In this document: positions 53,101-64,000 of the stretch, piece by piece
How positions within the stretch are numbered: the first letter of the stretch is position 1
Layout: each line of letters starts with the position of its first letter
NCBI RefSeq assembly: GCF_006345805.1
Contig: NC_043020.1
Coordinates: 4,030,001 to 4,094,000, forward strand
Source: Octopus sinensis
Taxonomy: Eukaryota
Direction of reading: 5' to 3'
Length of the DNA: 64,000 nucleotides
The notes under the pieces: model-generated
Seen by the model: the letters and a program-made list of their open reading frames with translations, nothing else
The model's database searches: none
What the model was told of the DNA's origin: nothing
Position numbers and translations under genes: made by a program

Positions 53101-56100
53101 GAAGAGAATAGAGGTTGGATGAATAAATATAAGAAGAGAATAGAGGTTGGATGGAATAAATATAAAGAAGAGAATAGAGGTTGGATGGAATAAGTATAAA
53201 GAAGAATAGAGGTTGGATGGAATAAATATAAAGAAGAGAATAGAGTTGGATGGAATAATATAAAGAAGAGAATAGAGGTTGGATGGAATAAATATAAAGA
53301 AGAGAATAGAGGTTGGATGGAATAGAGTTGAAAATAGATTAAAATGGGATGTGATGAAATGAAAGAAAAAAAGTTGAGTAAAATGAAGGGAAAATAAAGA
53401 AGGAAATCAGTGAAAGAAAGAGATGAAAGAATTGACAAGAGAAAAATGAAGATAGAAAGAAAAGAATACAGGGGGAGAAGTGATGGGGGGAAAAATGAAA
53501 ACAGGATGAAAAAGAATAAAAGAGGAAAATTTGTTGATATTTTCATTTTTGTAAACGTAGAAGTTTTGCTCCAAATTGGAACTAACTTGAGGTTAAAAAC
53601 AACAAAAACCTCCACCTTTGGAGAAATTTGAACTTTAGCAAAAACTGAAATAAAAAAAAACACATTGATTGAAATTTGTGAAGATGAATCACAGGAGAAA
53701 TTTTTTTTGAGAAGCAGATCTCATAAGACATGGCTCATCCTGAAAGATGTGGTCCTACGAGAAAAAACTGAAGGTAATATTTTGTTGGGGATTCTATTGA
53801 GAATGCCTCCAGTTTGCTCATGACTGCTGTAAAGTGTATCTGGGAAAAGAAGAGACATGATTGTCATGGCTGGAATGTCTTGGGTGTTGTGCTAAACAAC
53901 TACAGTAAAGAAGTGTACACTGGATCTTTCTGACAGAAATCAAGACAGGATGGTCACAGATGGAACATCTTTCAATACAGAATTATTGAATGTAGGGGCT
54001 GCATGGCTGCATTGTTAACAAGCTGGCTTCACAATCACAAAATCTAGGTTTCAATCTCACTTCAGTGACTTTCATCATGGGCCCTTGTTGACCCCATAGT
54101 GGAGACCCCTTAAAGGGACAGAACCAGTAATTTAAAGATCCAACTTTGTTACACAGAATCATGTTGATCCATCTGAGATTACATGAAAATGGACACATGT
54201 CTCTGGAATACTCAACCACTTACACTGATTTTATAGAACAGTTGAATACCTTCTGTCAACCCTGACAGAGCATTGAACATAACAACATGTAAAGAACTCT
54301 CCCTACCGTGCAGATGAGTCAGAATTTCCTCTTCCTCAGAATCCACCGGATTTTGTTTCGAGAAGTCAACCTTTCCGCTGGTTGTAGCTGTAAAGGTGTG
54401 TTTTCGTTTCATAAATCCTGAAATACAAGGAACATTAAAGATTAAAGATTAAACTAATCGAAGGAGAAGGGCAACACAAATTGGTACAAAAGATCCACCC
54501 TTGCTAGAAATAATAGCTAATTTTCATTCATAACACACATCGCCATATTCCCAAGTTAAACAAATGACAAGGTGTGAAATATAAACAGATTGACTTAAGG
54601 GAGCTAAATAAACAACACACACACAAAAAGACAAGACAAGAGGAAGGTTTTAAGTAGGATTTCATCTCCTTTACATAAAAAGGACTTTTTATATCTGAAT
54701 AGAAATAGAGAAATGGTGCCTGCTTTACTTCTGACAACTTTCACTTTTATCATTCATCATTATCATCATCCTTTAACGTCCGTTTTCCATGTTGGCATGG
54801 ATTGGACATTATTAATTATATATATATATATAAGTTTGATGTGTGTGTATGCACACACACACACATTAGGCCAGTCAATCAACTTATTGACAGTTGTTCA
54901 CATAATTTAATTAGTGTAATATAATTAGTAATGCCAACATGTCAGAGCTGTAATGACCACAACATCCTGGTATTTTTTATCAAGGGGTGGTTTATTTACT
55001 CTTCTTAAGGAAAGCAGAGCATTCAAGAGTATACGAGAATGTAAATATCAGATGCTGCCTGAATGAGTTGCTTTAGGCATAAGCATGCCTGTGTGATAAG
55101 TTTCTTTCCCAACCAGATGGTTCTAGGTTCAATCCCAAAGAATGGTATCTCAGGTAAGTGCCCCAGGGACAATCAAAGCTTTGTGAGTGAATTTGGTAGA
55201 TGGAAACTGAAAGAAGCCTGTTGTGTGTGTGTTTGCTTGTCTTTTTCTTTTATAAAGAGGAAATGTGAGGAAGAGAAAGATGCAGTTAGAAGAGGAGTTG
55301 TAGTTAGATTTCTAAGGGTAGAGTGGGTGAAAAGTGTGTTGTTAGATGTGGGTGGGACACAACTCTTCTGGTACTAAGTTCAGTGGACGGGTCTTCCCTA
55401 GAACCTCATATTGCCAGACATCTTCATTTCCTCTCTGAGCCCCAGCATCCTAAGATCAGTCCTCATCATTTCATCCAATGTCTTCCTCAGTCTCATTCTT
55501 CCACAGGTACCATACACTTTCAGCAACACACACACACATATGGGCTTCTTTCATTTTCCTTCTACCAAATTCACTCACAAGGCTTTGGTTGGCCTGGGCT
55601 ATGGTTGAGCACACTTGCCAAAGGGACTGAACTCAAGACCATATGGTTGAGTGAAGCGAACTTTTTACCACTCAGCCATTTAGTCTTTTATTGTGTGAGT
55701 TGGTTGTATACACCACCATGTGGATGGTGAAACAATAACTACGCCTACAGAATTCATATATCAAATGGAAATTGTAGTTGTGATCCCTGTGCAGGTGGCA
55801 CGTAAAAAGCACCAACCGATCATGGCCACTGCCAGCCTCCTCTGGCACCTGTGCCAGTGGTACGTAAAAAGCACCCACTCGACTCACGGAATGGTTGGCG
55901 TTAGGAAGGGCATCCAGCTGTAGAAACTCTGCCAGATCAGACTGGAGCCTGGTGCAGCCTCCTGGCTTCCCAGACCCCAGTCAAACCGTCAAACCCATGC
56001 TAGCATGATAATGTTAAATAATTAGTTGGTTGAGTATGGGTCAGATGCTAAGGACAGGTTCATATCACTGAGAAGAAAGAGTTAATATGTCAACTTCTTT

Positions 56101-57377
56101 CTCTCAAGGAATTGTTGAAGCTGTCGCAAATCCCCTTCAAAAGTTGCATGACGCACAAGACCACAAATCACATGTGAACTTGTCTTCCCACTGACACTCC
56201 AACCATGAACTCTACAACTCAAAAACAAATGATGTATATGGCTTTTGTATCCATGATATTCGATGTGCTTGCTCCTCTTGAGTAAGCTGAATTTGGGAGG
56301 GGAGGGGCGCAGGTAGAAGCATTGCCTGGCTTGTTGGAATTTTTGGGCTAATTGTCAAATACGGTCAGCATCCATGAGGGCCCGTGATGAACTCATTGAT
56401 CAAAGTTAGCTCCACCACCAACCCTTAACCAGATGAGTACTGCCACTGATACAAGTAAGTAAATACATGAGATGAAGACAGAAAGGAACTTTGAATAGAG
56501 ATGAAATAGTATGTCAGATTAGAAAAATGGAAAACCAAACCAGAAGTACCGTCTTTTACTGGTCCAGCAGCTGCCAATAAATACCATTGTTTTTGTCCAA
56601 TATTGAAGATTTTAGAATTGTTCATAACATTATCTCGTGTGAAATTGCAGGTCATTAAGCCATTAACATATTTTCCATTGTTAAGAGTTAAATCAGTCAC
56701 CTGTAAACGAAATCACCAGTTTCTTGTTAGGAACAAGATTCACTCAAATTACATTTCAAAAAACAGGTTTTCTTTTGGTGGGAGGTGGGAGGGAGTTACA
56801 GACAACGATTTATTTATAGTTTTCCAGTGTGTCAATCACTGCTTTCCTCCATTTATGACAACAAGAATGACAAGGGAGTGTCTGTGAAGCTAGAGTGAAA
56901 CAAATATGAGAAGGGAGTTTTGTTTCAGATCTTCACTTTATCAATATTTTTACCAATGCATATATTATTTGAAGATATACATTAAGAAAGTTGTGTGTGT
57001 GTGTATGTGTGTATGTATATATACGTGGAGGCGCAATGGCCCAGTGGTTAGGGTAGTGAACTCGCGGTTGTAGGATCGCGGTTTTGATTCCTAGATCGGC
57101 CGTTGTGATTGTTTATTGAGCGAAAACACCTATAGCTCCACGAGGCTATGGCAGGGGTTAGTGGCGATCCCTGCTGTACTCTTTTGCCACAACTTTCTCT
57201 CACTCTTTCTTCTGTTGGCCTGCTCGCTTAGCCAGCGGGGTGGCGTCATTTGAAGGCTAAAACAATGCGAAACACATTGTGACCAGTGATGTGTAGCACA
57301 TCTGATAGCCTGGTCGATCACGGTGATATATATATATATATATATCTATATATATATATATATATAATATATATATA

Positions 57378-57412
<35 letters not shown>

Positions 57413-58745
57413 CTAAGTTTGATCAATAAGTATCCGGACTGTTGCCATAGTTATGAAGCTAAAGCAAGCAGAGTGAAGTCACTTGACAAAGATTGACCTT
57501 GACCTCTGCTGTGTATGCACACTAAGTTTTAACGTTCTAGTTCACATGCACTGTTTACAGCAGTGGTTGGAAGGAAGGTGTGTAGCATGTGATCGTTGCA
57601 TTGACCATAGCAGAGAAAGTTGCCATGGCAATACTTGCACAGAGGCCTATGCATGGCTGCAGAAAGTGTATGGAGAGGAGTGTATGAGCCGCACACAAGA
57701 GTACGAGTGGTTCAAACGTTTCCAACATGGCCGAAAATAAGCCGATATTGACAAACATTCTGGGAGACCCACAATCAGCAGAACTGAGAAAAACAACGTG
57801 CAGCTGTGAAAGGAAATCATCGAATCATCATCCATGAGTTATCAGTGGATATGCAGATTAGTTATGGTTCAGTTCAGTCCATTATCCCTGAAAATTTGGG
57901 TATGAGACGCATGTCTGCCTATTTTGTGTCAAAACTGCTTTCAGCTGACCAAAAAGACACTCGGATTTCAGTTGCCCAAGATCTCCTTGATTGTGTCAAG
58001 AACGATGGGAACTTTTCGAAAACTTTGCGTAGGTCTCTGAGCAGATATCACCAAACTTTTGGCAAAATTTGATGCAGATTCTCTGCTCAACTTACTCTGT
58101 CATTGTCAATGCGATGATCACATGCTACACACCTTCCTTCCAAATACTGCTGTAAATAGTGGAAGTGAGCTAGAATGTTAAAACTTAGTGTGCATGTACA
58201 ACAGAGTTCAAGGTCAATCTGTGCCAAGCGGCTTCACTCTGAGTGCTTTAGCTTCGTTACTATGGCAACAGCCCGGATACTTATTGATCAGATCACACAC
58301 ACACACATAAAATGTGTGTGTGTGTGTGTGTGTGTGTATGATGTGAATGTGTAGTATGTGTATGTGTAGAAAGTGATTGGAACAGTGGTTTGGGTGTTGA
58401 GTTCATGGTTGTTATGCTGTGGCTTTGATTCTCTCACCAGTTAACACATTGTGACCCTGAGCAAGGCACTTCATTCCTTGTTGTTACAGTTCATTCAACT
58501 GTGAATGAGTCCCAGCAGCAATCAATAAGGTGAGGTGGGTTATCCTATGCTGAAAAGGCAACCTGTTTAGATATGGTTAAGTAGCAAATTTTGTAGGAAG
58601 TCTTAGGAGGAGGTTGGCAGCTCGGTACCATTAGTGACTTAAACTTCACAAAAAGAAAAACAGGATAAACTGCAGTTCAATGACACTGGATATTCAAGAC
58701 AGAAAAAACTACATGCTCTCTCTCTCTCTTTCTCTAATATTATAT

Positions 58746-58804
<59 letters not shown>

Positions 58805-59632
58805 TATAATCAAAATAAGCAACAAGGATATCCAAGGTAGTGTAGTACAATTGTTTCATGCTACTTCATTTTATTAAACACTGTAAGTATTACATCAGTT
58901 TTAAAATGTCGAGCAATCTTCAGCCACATATAGAATTTTCCATTTAAATAGACACTGTACATTTTTATACTTATTTCATTTGCCAACATTACAAAGAGGG
59001 TAGATATATAGACAGAAAGGTTAATTTCATCATTAAGAACATGGTGGTAGTATGTTCTTCTCCATCTGTAGATTCTTTGTCACTGAGTTCACTTTGTTAT
59101 TTAGATCTATCAGTGGGGAGGGGGTTTCTTATCTTGGTTCAATGGTGACAAACAAGAATTTTTTCTACTTATAGATAGAGAAAGGGGTAGAACAAATGCC
59201 AAAGCCACAAATCCATCCTCATTCTGAGGAATTTAACTTAGGCATATTTAAATGTATTTTAGCAAAAGTTAGTCGGCTGAAGTTAGTGGGGTAACTATGC
59301 TGAACTTTTATATATATATACATGCCCCATGGAAGCAGTGACAAGGTATATCACTTTGTTTGAGAAGACCTGTCAAGCTAAGTGAGATTTATGACCAATA
59401 CTGATTTTACATAACTGGCACCTGTGCTGGTGGCACGTAAAAAGCACCCACTACACTCACGGAGTGGTTGATATTAAGAAGGATATCCTGCCGTAGAAAC
59501 TTTGCTAAGTTAGACTGGAACCTGGTGCAGCTCCCCTGGCTTACCAGTTTTCAGTCAAACTGTCCAACCCATGCCAGCATGGAAAGCAGACGTTAAATGA
59601 TGACGATGACAACTATGATGATGATGATATTT

Positions 59633-59689
<57 letters not shown>

Positions 59690-62600
59690 ATAAGATTGTT
59701 AATTTAAAAATAAAATAATAATTTTATCAAGTGGTCGGCATGGAAAAAATAACCTTCAAAGGTAATAATTATTAAAATTATAAATTAGGGTATCTACGAG
59801 ATACCACCATGCTGAAAATAGCAGCCATGATCTGACTCTAAAACCACCTTAATTTTCCATATATCAACATGGAGAGAAAACAAAGAGACAAGATGAAACT
59901 AGTAATGAAAAGCAATGGAATGCTATGCTAATGTTTTGCTCCCATGGATTTCAACTGATTCCCAGGCACTCTTTACGTTTTTAACACTGTCGACAGCCTA
60001 ATTGAATGGTACTGCTCAGGTGTCAAAATCATAATGATATCTATTTGGCAGCTGATGGTGGGAATGGACATAAATCTACACTTGTTTGTGAAATTTTCTG
60101 TCTTAGCCTCATTATTCTGAGTTGTCTTTCATTCTAGTAAAGTGGAAAATGTTTGTGGAGAATACTTATACTGATATTGGTTGGTTTTCTACTTTGGGTG
60201 GATGGGGGGGGGATATGTGGTATATGTGTGTGTGTGTTGATGTAAATGAAGATTTTAAACCAAATTTGAGAGAAGAAATGAGAAGTTTCTCTTACCTTAG
60301 AGTTACGTATTCCTTCGTTGTAAGAATATTGTCCCTTGACTTGACCATTATAGTACAGACATTCCATCACACTGTCGCTCCCCTGGAAACAACAATATTA
60401 ACCAATGATGACGATAGTGATAATGGTGTAAAGCAGAACAGGCAAGATAATATGTAGTAGTAGTAGTAGTAGTAGTAGTAGTACACAGTGCTATATGGCT
60501 GAGATGCTTTTCCATGGGGTGGTAACAAGTCTGTGTATAAGTATGTGTGAGTGTGTGTGTGTGGGGGGGTGAAGAGTGCAATGGGCTGTAACAACAAACC
60601 ACACACCTTGCATATGTACAGGTGAATTGTGTAGGTGTGTCAGTGTGGTTTGTGTGCAGCCTGTTATAGTTTGCACTGAACTGTTTCATGTCAGCTTGTT
60701 GCACATTGATTCTGTGGAGGCATCAATAACCTGGGTAAGACTGAAAGAACCTAAAATGGATCCAAAGTAAATGGTAAAAGCAAAAACCCCCTTCGGTCAT
60801 GAATGACCATGGGATTGCACCTAAAAAGTTACTCTCCGAGGCACAAGTCTGGGCAAGGATGTTTTATGGAAGACCAGCAGTCGCCCATGCATACCAGCTT
60901 CCCCCTCTCCATGCCACTGGTTGTTATCCAAGGGAAAAGCAAAGGCTCATACGGCTCGGCACCAGTGACACCGCAATTCATTTCTACAGATGAGCAAACT
61001 GGAGCAACATGAAAATAAAGTGTCTTGCTCAAGAGCACAACACACAGCCCAGTCTTGGAATCGAACTCATGACTTCATGATTGAGAACTCGATGCTCTTG
61101 CCACTGATCCACATACACTATGTCTATCTCATCATCATCTTTTAACGTTCACCTTCCAATGTTGTCACGGGTTGGATGGTTTGACACAAGTTGGCAAAGC
61201 CAGAATGGGATTCTCTGTCTATTTATCCAACATGCACAGCTTTGTGATTCCTATTCATCATCATCATTGTTCAACCGTGGTCGAGACAATGGAATTTACT
61301 ATGTTACGCCAGACCTCATGGTCCATCATAGCATTACGGAGGTCCTGTTGCTGGATGCCTGTATCCCTGGAGATTACATCAGGGTGGGAGAGTGTGTGCC
61401 CTCTGGTATCGCGAGCAGATGGCTTCTGAGGAGAAGAGTAGAAATTACCTCGTTTTCAGCTCTACAATAATGTCTAGCAAACTGGACTCTTCTACCTTTC
61501 ACAAGAGATGATACAGGTGGTAATTTCCCATATATTTGTACTTTGGTTGGATGGCGCTTCCATGAGAGATTTTGAGCTCTCATAAGGAGGTGAGTGTAAG
61601 TTCCATCCAACTGCCTCTCAAGCTTCTTTGTTAACGTCCAAGTTTCTGAGCCATATAGTAGAATCGGTTCGATTGTGGCTTATTTTAAGTTTGAAAATCT
61701 CTACTTAGATTTGATGACCAAATCTTATGCATGTCGTTACAGGCTGACCAGGCCATACCCTTTCTAGTTAGAAAGTCTTTTCCAGATGATGATATGTATG
61801 ACCCAAGATATTTATAATCAGAAACCATATTTAAAGGCGCACTGTTGAGAGTATGGATGATGAAATCACTGTTGGACAGGCACTTGTTTACATATTCAGT
61901 CTTGGATTCATTGAGGTAAAGACCTACACAATTTGAGGCTTGTTCAAGAGATTGTAAAAGAGACCGGGCATTGGAGAGAGAATCACTGATTCCTATTAGC
62001 AAGTGGAACATATGTAATGATGAATAAATAACACAAAAGAAATCTTCCAATTTCTTGTTTTGTTACATACATACACATACCTGTGTATGTGCACACTCGC
62101 ACACCTTTGCTGTTGTTTCTTTCAGTTGGTCAAGCATGCGACCTGGGATTGCTCCAGGTAGATTTATGTCCATTTCTTCTTTTCCTTTAGGTCTTCTGTG
62201 TGTGGACATGTGTTTCAATTGTTAAACTTGCTGGTTGTATTTGCTTGTAGCTGATGTTCTCTAGTGTTGAAGGTAGACCAAAGGGAGACACTCAGTTGAC
62301 CGGGTGCTTGGACTTTCAGTCTGTCTTTGTGGCACCAGGATTCCAAGTGGTTTACATCAAGCTGATCTCACATCTAGAAAACAATTATGGTAATGTGTTT
62401 GGGCCCTTTTACTTATCATATCGTTATTGCTTGTCCCTGGGTGGTTGGGATGAAGCAGATCTATGATCCTATGATCAAACTCTTTCCAACCAAGACCATC
62501 CCGAATTTTCTTCAGGCATATTTCACCCATGATCACAACATCTAAAGTGTCCTTCTTTCCAATGACAGCAAAGTTATTTGAAGGATATTGGTATTTATTT

Positions 62601-64000
62601 CTAGGCGGCGAGCTGGCAGAATCGTTAGCACGCCGGGCGAAATGTTCAGCGGTATTTCGTCTACCATTACATTCTGAGTTCAAATTCCGCCGAGGTCAAC
62701 TTTGCCTTTCATCCTTTTGGGGTCGATAAATTAAGTACCAGTTATGCACTGGGGTCAATGTAATCGACTTAATCCATTTGTCTGTCCTTGTTCGTGCCCT
62801 CTGTGTTTGGCCCTTGTGGGTAGTAAAGAAATAAGTATTTATTTCTAGTAAATCTACAAAAGGCTCCTTCATGTCCGTGTGTCTTTCCATCTCTAGATTT
62901 CAAAGTTTCTCATAACTAATATCTTCAGTAGGACTGTGTTTCGCAAGGGAAATAATGTTTATAAACAAAATTCTGCCTTTAGATCGTTTTTTTTTCTTTT
63001 GGTTTTTGCTTTTAATTTAACAGACAAATCAATAAACATTGCAAAATCGAAAATGGGCCCCTTTTTTCCTTATTTCCCTGATTACGTTTCACATAATGCC
63101 AACTTCCCTTCATTGGACATTAAACTCTGCTTGCGAAGACCTGTTGAGGCAAGTGAAATCGAAATTGAACCAAATCCTATGACTGGCACCCGGCTGTTGC
63201 CAGTGCCGCTGGACTGACTCCTGTGCAGGTGGCAAGTAAAGAAACACCGTTTTGACCCTGTGCTTGAGGAGACCTATTGAGTCAAGTACATCAACATCAA
63301 AAATCAATGGAGATTGTAGTTGTGATCCCTGTGCCGGTGGCACATAAAAAGCACCATCCAAACGTGGCCAATGCCAGTGCCACCTTGACTGGTGTCCGTG
63401 CCGGTGGCATGTAAAAAGCACCAACCGATCGTGGCCATTGCCAGCCTCGCCTGGCACCTCTGCCGGTGGCATGTAAAAAGCACCCACTACTCTCACGGAG
63501 TGGTTGATGTTAGGAAGGGCATCCAGCTGTAGAAACATTGCCAAATCAGACTGGAGCCTGGTGCAGCCTTCTGGCTTCCCAGACCCTGGTCGAACCGTCC
63601 AACCCATGCTAGCATGGAAAACGGACCTTAAATGATGATGATGATGATAATGTTAGAATAGCCTTGTTTTATTTTTTAATTTATTTCCTCCAACTTGTTT
63701 TAGCTTCCAAAGTTAAGGTTAGCCAGCTTGAAGCAATAATTAACATATTTGTTTATTTTCTTTTGTTTCTCCTTTAATATTACTTAGCAATCAATGTTAG
63801 AGGACCATGCTGGGGCAATAGTCTTAGTTTGAGAAATTGGAAAAAAATGAACACTGCAACATGAAAATAAAAAGTGAAATAAAGCTTTTCTCATGTACAA
63901 ACCATATCATCATCTTCTGAGAGGCCAAGTGCAATATAAGATCGATCATTTGTAACTTTCAAGTTGAACTCAAAATTTATGGTTTTGGAGGCCTCATCCA
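39976..64000 (-). CDS. FRRS1: FRRS1-like ferric-chelate reductase (DOMON + cytochrome b561), 5'-partial, 11 exons in window
   Basis: Minus-strand exons join in frame: 63903-64000 (partial), 60296-60382, 56550-56700, 54307-54417, 48903-49012, 48374-48463, 47436-47504, 47127-47226, 44444-44593, 41435-41502, 39976-40071. DOMON: YIALGLSEDDDM|GSDSVMEC...GLMTCNFTR...WYLLAAAGP...KH. The four b561 heme-ligand His residues are present: HLHG, LHR, AHP, NWVH. Family assignment is from established domain motifs; exact orthology within the FRRS1/SDR2 family is not tested. Confidence 0.88.
41435..41502 (-). CDS. FRRS1: FRRS1-like exon (DKVSAYEMNTPGQNKPPEPEVNK)
   Basis: attacag / gtcagt; the phase 1-to-0 exon needed to join the flanking exons. 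Confidence 0.72.
43993..44136. repeat. 144-bp foldback (33-bp inverted arms, 31/33 match), MITE-like
   Basis: 43993-44025 vs reverse complement of 44104-44136; abuts (TA)n. Confidence 0.75.
44444..44593 (-). CDS. FRRS1: FRRS1-like exon (VTIFIGVLMHSK...GMEIMEYCNQ)
   Basis: cttttag / gtaaca; phase 1-1. Confidence 0.82.
46080..46396 (+). mobile_element. SINE-like family A copy (3 internal modules)
   Basis: Family body and (GAT)n tail. Confidence 0.85.
46397..47006 (+). mobile_element. mariner transposase 3' relic with internal 34-bp minisatellite
   Basis: YSPNLxPCGFWL...KLKIMLKRKRFE...CYKLWQNHWEKCMKSQQECFEGD*; putative right TIR GGTTGGCTACTTTTTAAATGCACCTC. Confidence 0.8.
46428..46767. repeat. 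34-bp minisatellite x10 (CTCCCAACTTGGCACCATGTGGCTTCTGGCTCCT)
   Basis: Read directly. Confidence 0.95.
47127..47226 (-). CDS. FRRS1: FRRS1-like b561 exon (PILGYFRPGKDHPKRIYFNWVHSMIGTILMILA)
   Basis: atttcag / gtaaat. Confidence 0.92.
47436..47504 (-). CDS. FRRS1: FRRS1-like b561 exon (LQGSSAKAHPIIGIIVTIFVIIN)
   Basis: ctctgcag / gtgagt. Confidence 0.9.
48374..48463 (-). CDS. FRRS1: FRRS1-like b561 exon (LHRTFMVLAMLLTILGFILIFIQNEGEYSE)
   Basis: tttgcag / gtaagt. Confidence 0.92.
48903..49012 (-). CDS. FRRS1: FRRS1-like b561 exon (GVSMIVAWVFFASVGIFAARY...LWFQ)
   Basis: tttgcag / gtaaga. Confidence 0.92.
49241..53323. repeat. ~4.1-kb minisatellite, 34-bp unit x~120 (ATAAATATAAAGAAGAGAATAGAGGTTGGATGGA)
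   Basis: Read directly; lies in the FRRS1-like intron 49013-54306. Confidence 0.97.
54307..54417 (-). CDS. FRRS1: FRRS1-like exon (GFMKRKHTFT...EILTHLHG)
   Basis: atttcag / gtaggg. Confidence 0.86.
55755..56010 (+). mobile_element. SINE-like family A copy (2 modules)
   Basis: Family body. Confidence 0.8.
56550..56700 (-). CDS. FRRS1: FRRS1-like DOMON exon (VTDLTL...GLMTCNFTR...WYLLAAAGPVKD)
   Basis: tttacag / gtactt. Confidence 0.88.
57027..57326 (+). mobile_element. tRNA-derived SINE (family C, alternative 3' tail)
   Basis: Collinear with 4055-4244 up to ~57215, then a different tail. Confidence 0.78.
57412..58296 (+). mobile_element. internally deleted mariner-like element with ~125-bp TIRs
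   Basis: TGATCAATAAGTATCCGG(A/G)CTGTTGCCATAG...TTCTAG(T/C)TCAC inverted at both ends; HTH-region peptides EAYAWLQKVYGEECMSRTQEYEWFKRFQHGR and ISYGSVQSIIPENLGMRRMSAYFVSKLLSADQK; no DDD core. Confidence 0.85.
59335..59630 (+). mobile_element. SINE-like family A copy (1 module)
   Basis: Family body and (GAT/GAC)n tail. Confidence 0.78.
60296..60382 (-). CDS. FRRS1: FRRS1-like DOMON exon (GSDSVMECLYYNGQVKGQYSYNEGIRNSK)
   Basis: gtttccag / gtaaga. Confidence 0.88.
60775..61095 (-). mobile_element. tRNA-headed SINE (family E)
   Basis: Minus strand B-box-like GTTCGATTCC followed by GTGTGTTGTGCTCTTGAGCAAGACACTTTAT. Confidence 0.55.
61255..62030 (-). mobile_element. RTE-clade LINE 3' fragment with (GAT)n tail
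   Basis: LLQSLEQASNCVGLYLNESKTEY...DYKYLGSYISSSGKDFLTRKGMAWSACNDMHKIWSSNL...RAQNLSWKRHPT...RRVQFARHYCR; stops present. Confidence 0.8.
62605..62840 (+). mobile_element. SINE family B, young copy
   Basis: GGCGGCGAGCTGGCAGAATCGTTAGC...GAGTTCAAATTCC...GCCTTTCATCCTTTTGGGGTCGATAAA; decayed copies at ~27370 (+) and ~41800-42310, ~45000-45200, ~49100-49200 (-). Confidence 0.78.
63090..63648 (+). mobile_element. SINE-like family A, long copy (~4 modules)
   Basis: Family body and (GAT)n tail. Confidence 0.85.
63903..64000 (-). CDS. FRRS1: FRRS1-like DOMON exon, truncated by window edge (DEASKTINFEFNLKVTNDRSYIALGLSEDDDM)
   Basis: Ends ATG|gtttgt; the DOMON Met heme-ligand motif continues into the next exon. 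Confidence 0.85.

Noticed and set aside
52800-53663. 287-aa hydrophobic minus-strand ORF
   Set aside because: Translation of the satellite and its purine-rich flank; frame continuity comes from indel noise.
62357-62683. 108-aa minus ORF in an FRRS1-like intron
   Set aside because: Half overlaps the SINE at 62605; no DOMON motif; the 63903 and 60382 exons join directly in phase 0.

Overview
AT-rich eukaryotic genomic DNA full of microsatellites and SINE-like repeats. The repeat landscape suggests a cephalopod, probably Octopus (inference). Two spliced genes converge. On + is a complete 22-coding-exon DEAD-box helicase of the DDX43/DDX53 (HAGE) type, 2766-30844, about 709 aa: N-terminal KH domain, CCHC zinc knuckle, acidic/RG-rich linker and intact helicase motifs. 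On - are the 3' 11 exons of a ferric-chelate reductase FRRS1-like gene (DOMON + cytochrome b561; stop at 39976, 5' part beyond the window). Introns and the intergenic gap hold RTE- and RLE-type LINE relics, several SINE families, mariner/maT relics, a piggyBac deletion derivative nested in a maT relic, a Merlin-like MITE with an 8-bp TSD, a decayed Penelope-type hammerhead motif, a ~1.9-kb (RY)n microsatellite and several minisatellites, including a ~4.1-kb 34-bp array. The most notable observation is a block of frame-symmetric (phase 1-1) small exons in the DDX43 linker, including the zinc-knuckle exon and two extra candidate exons. All exon boundaries were read by hand from GT-AG sites and frame continuity; no database searches were run.
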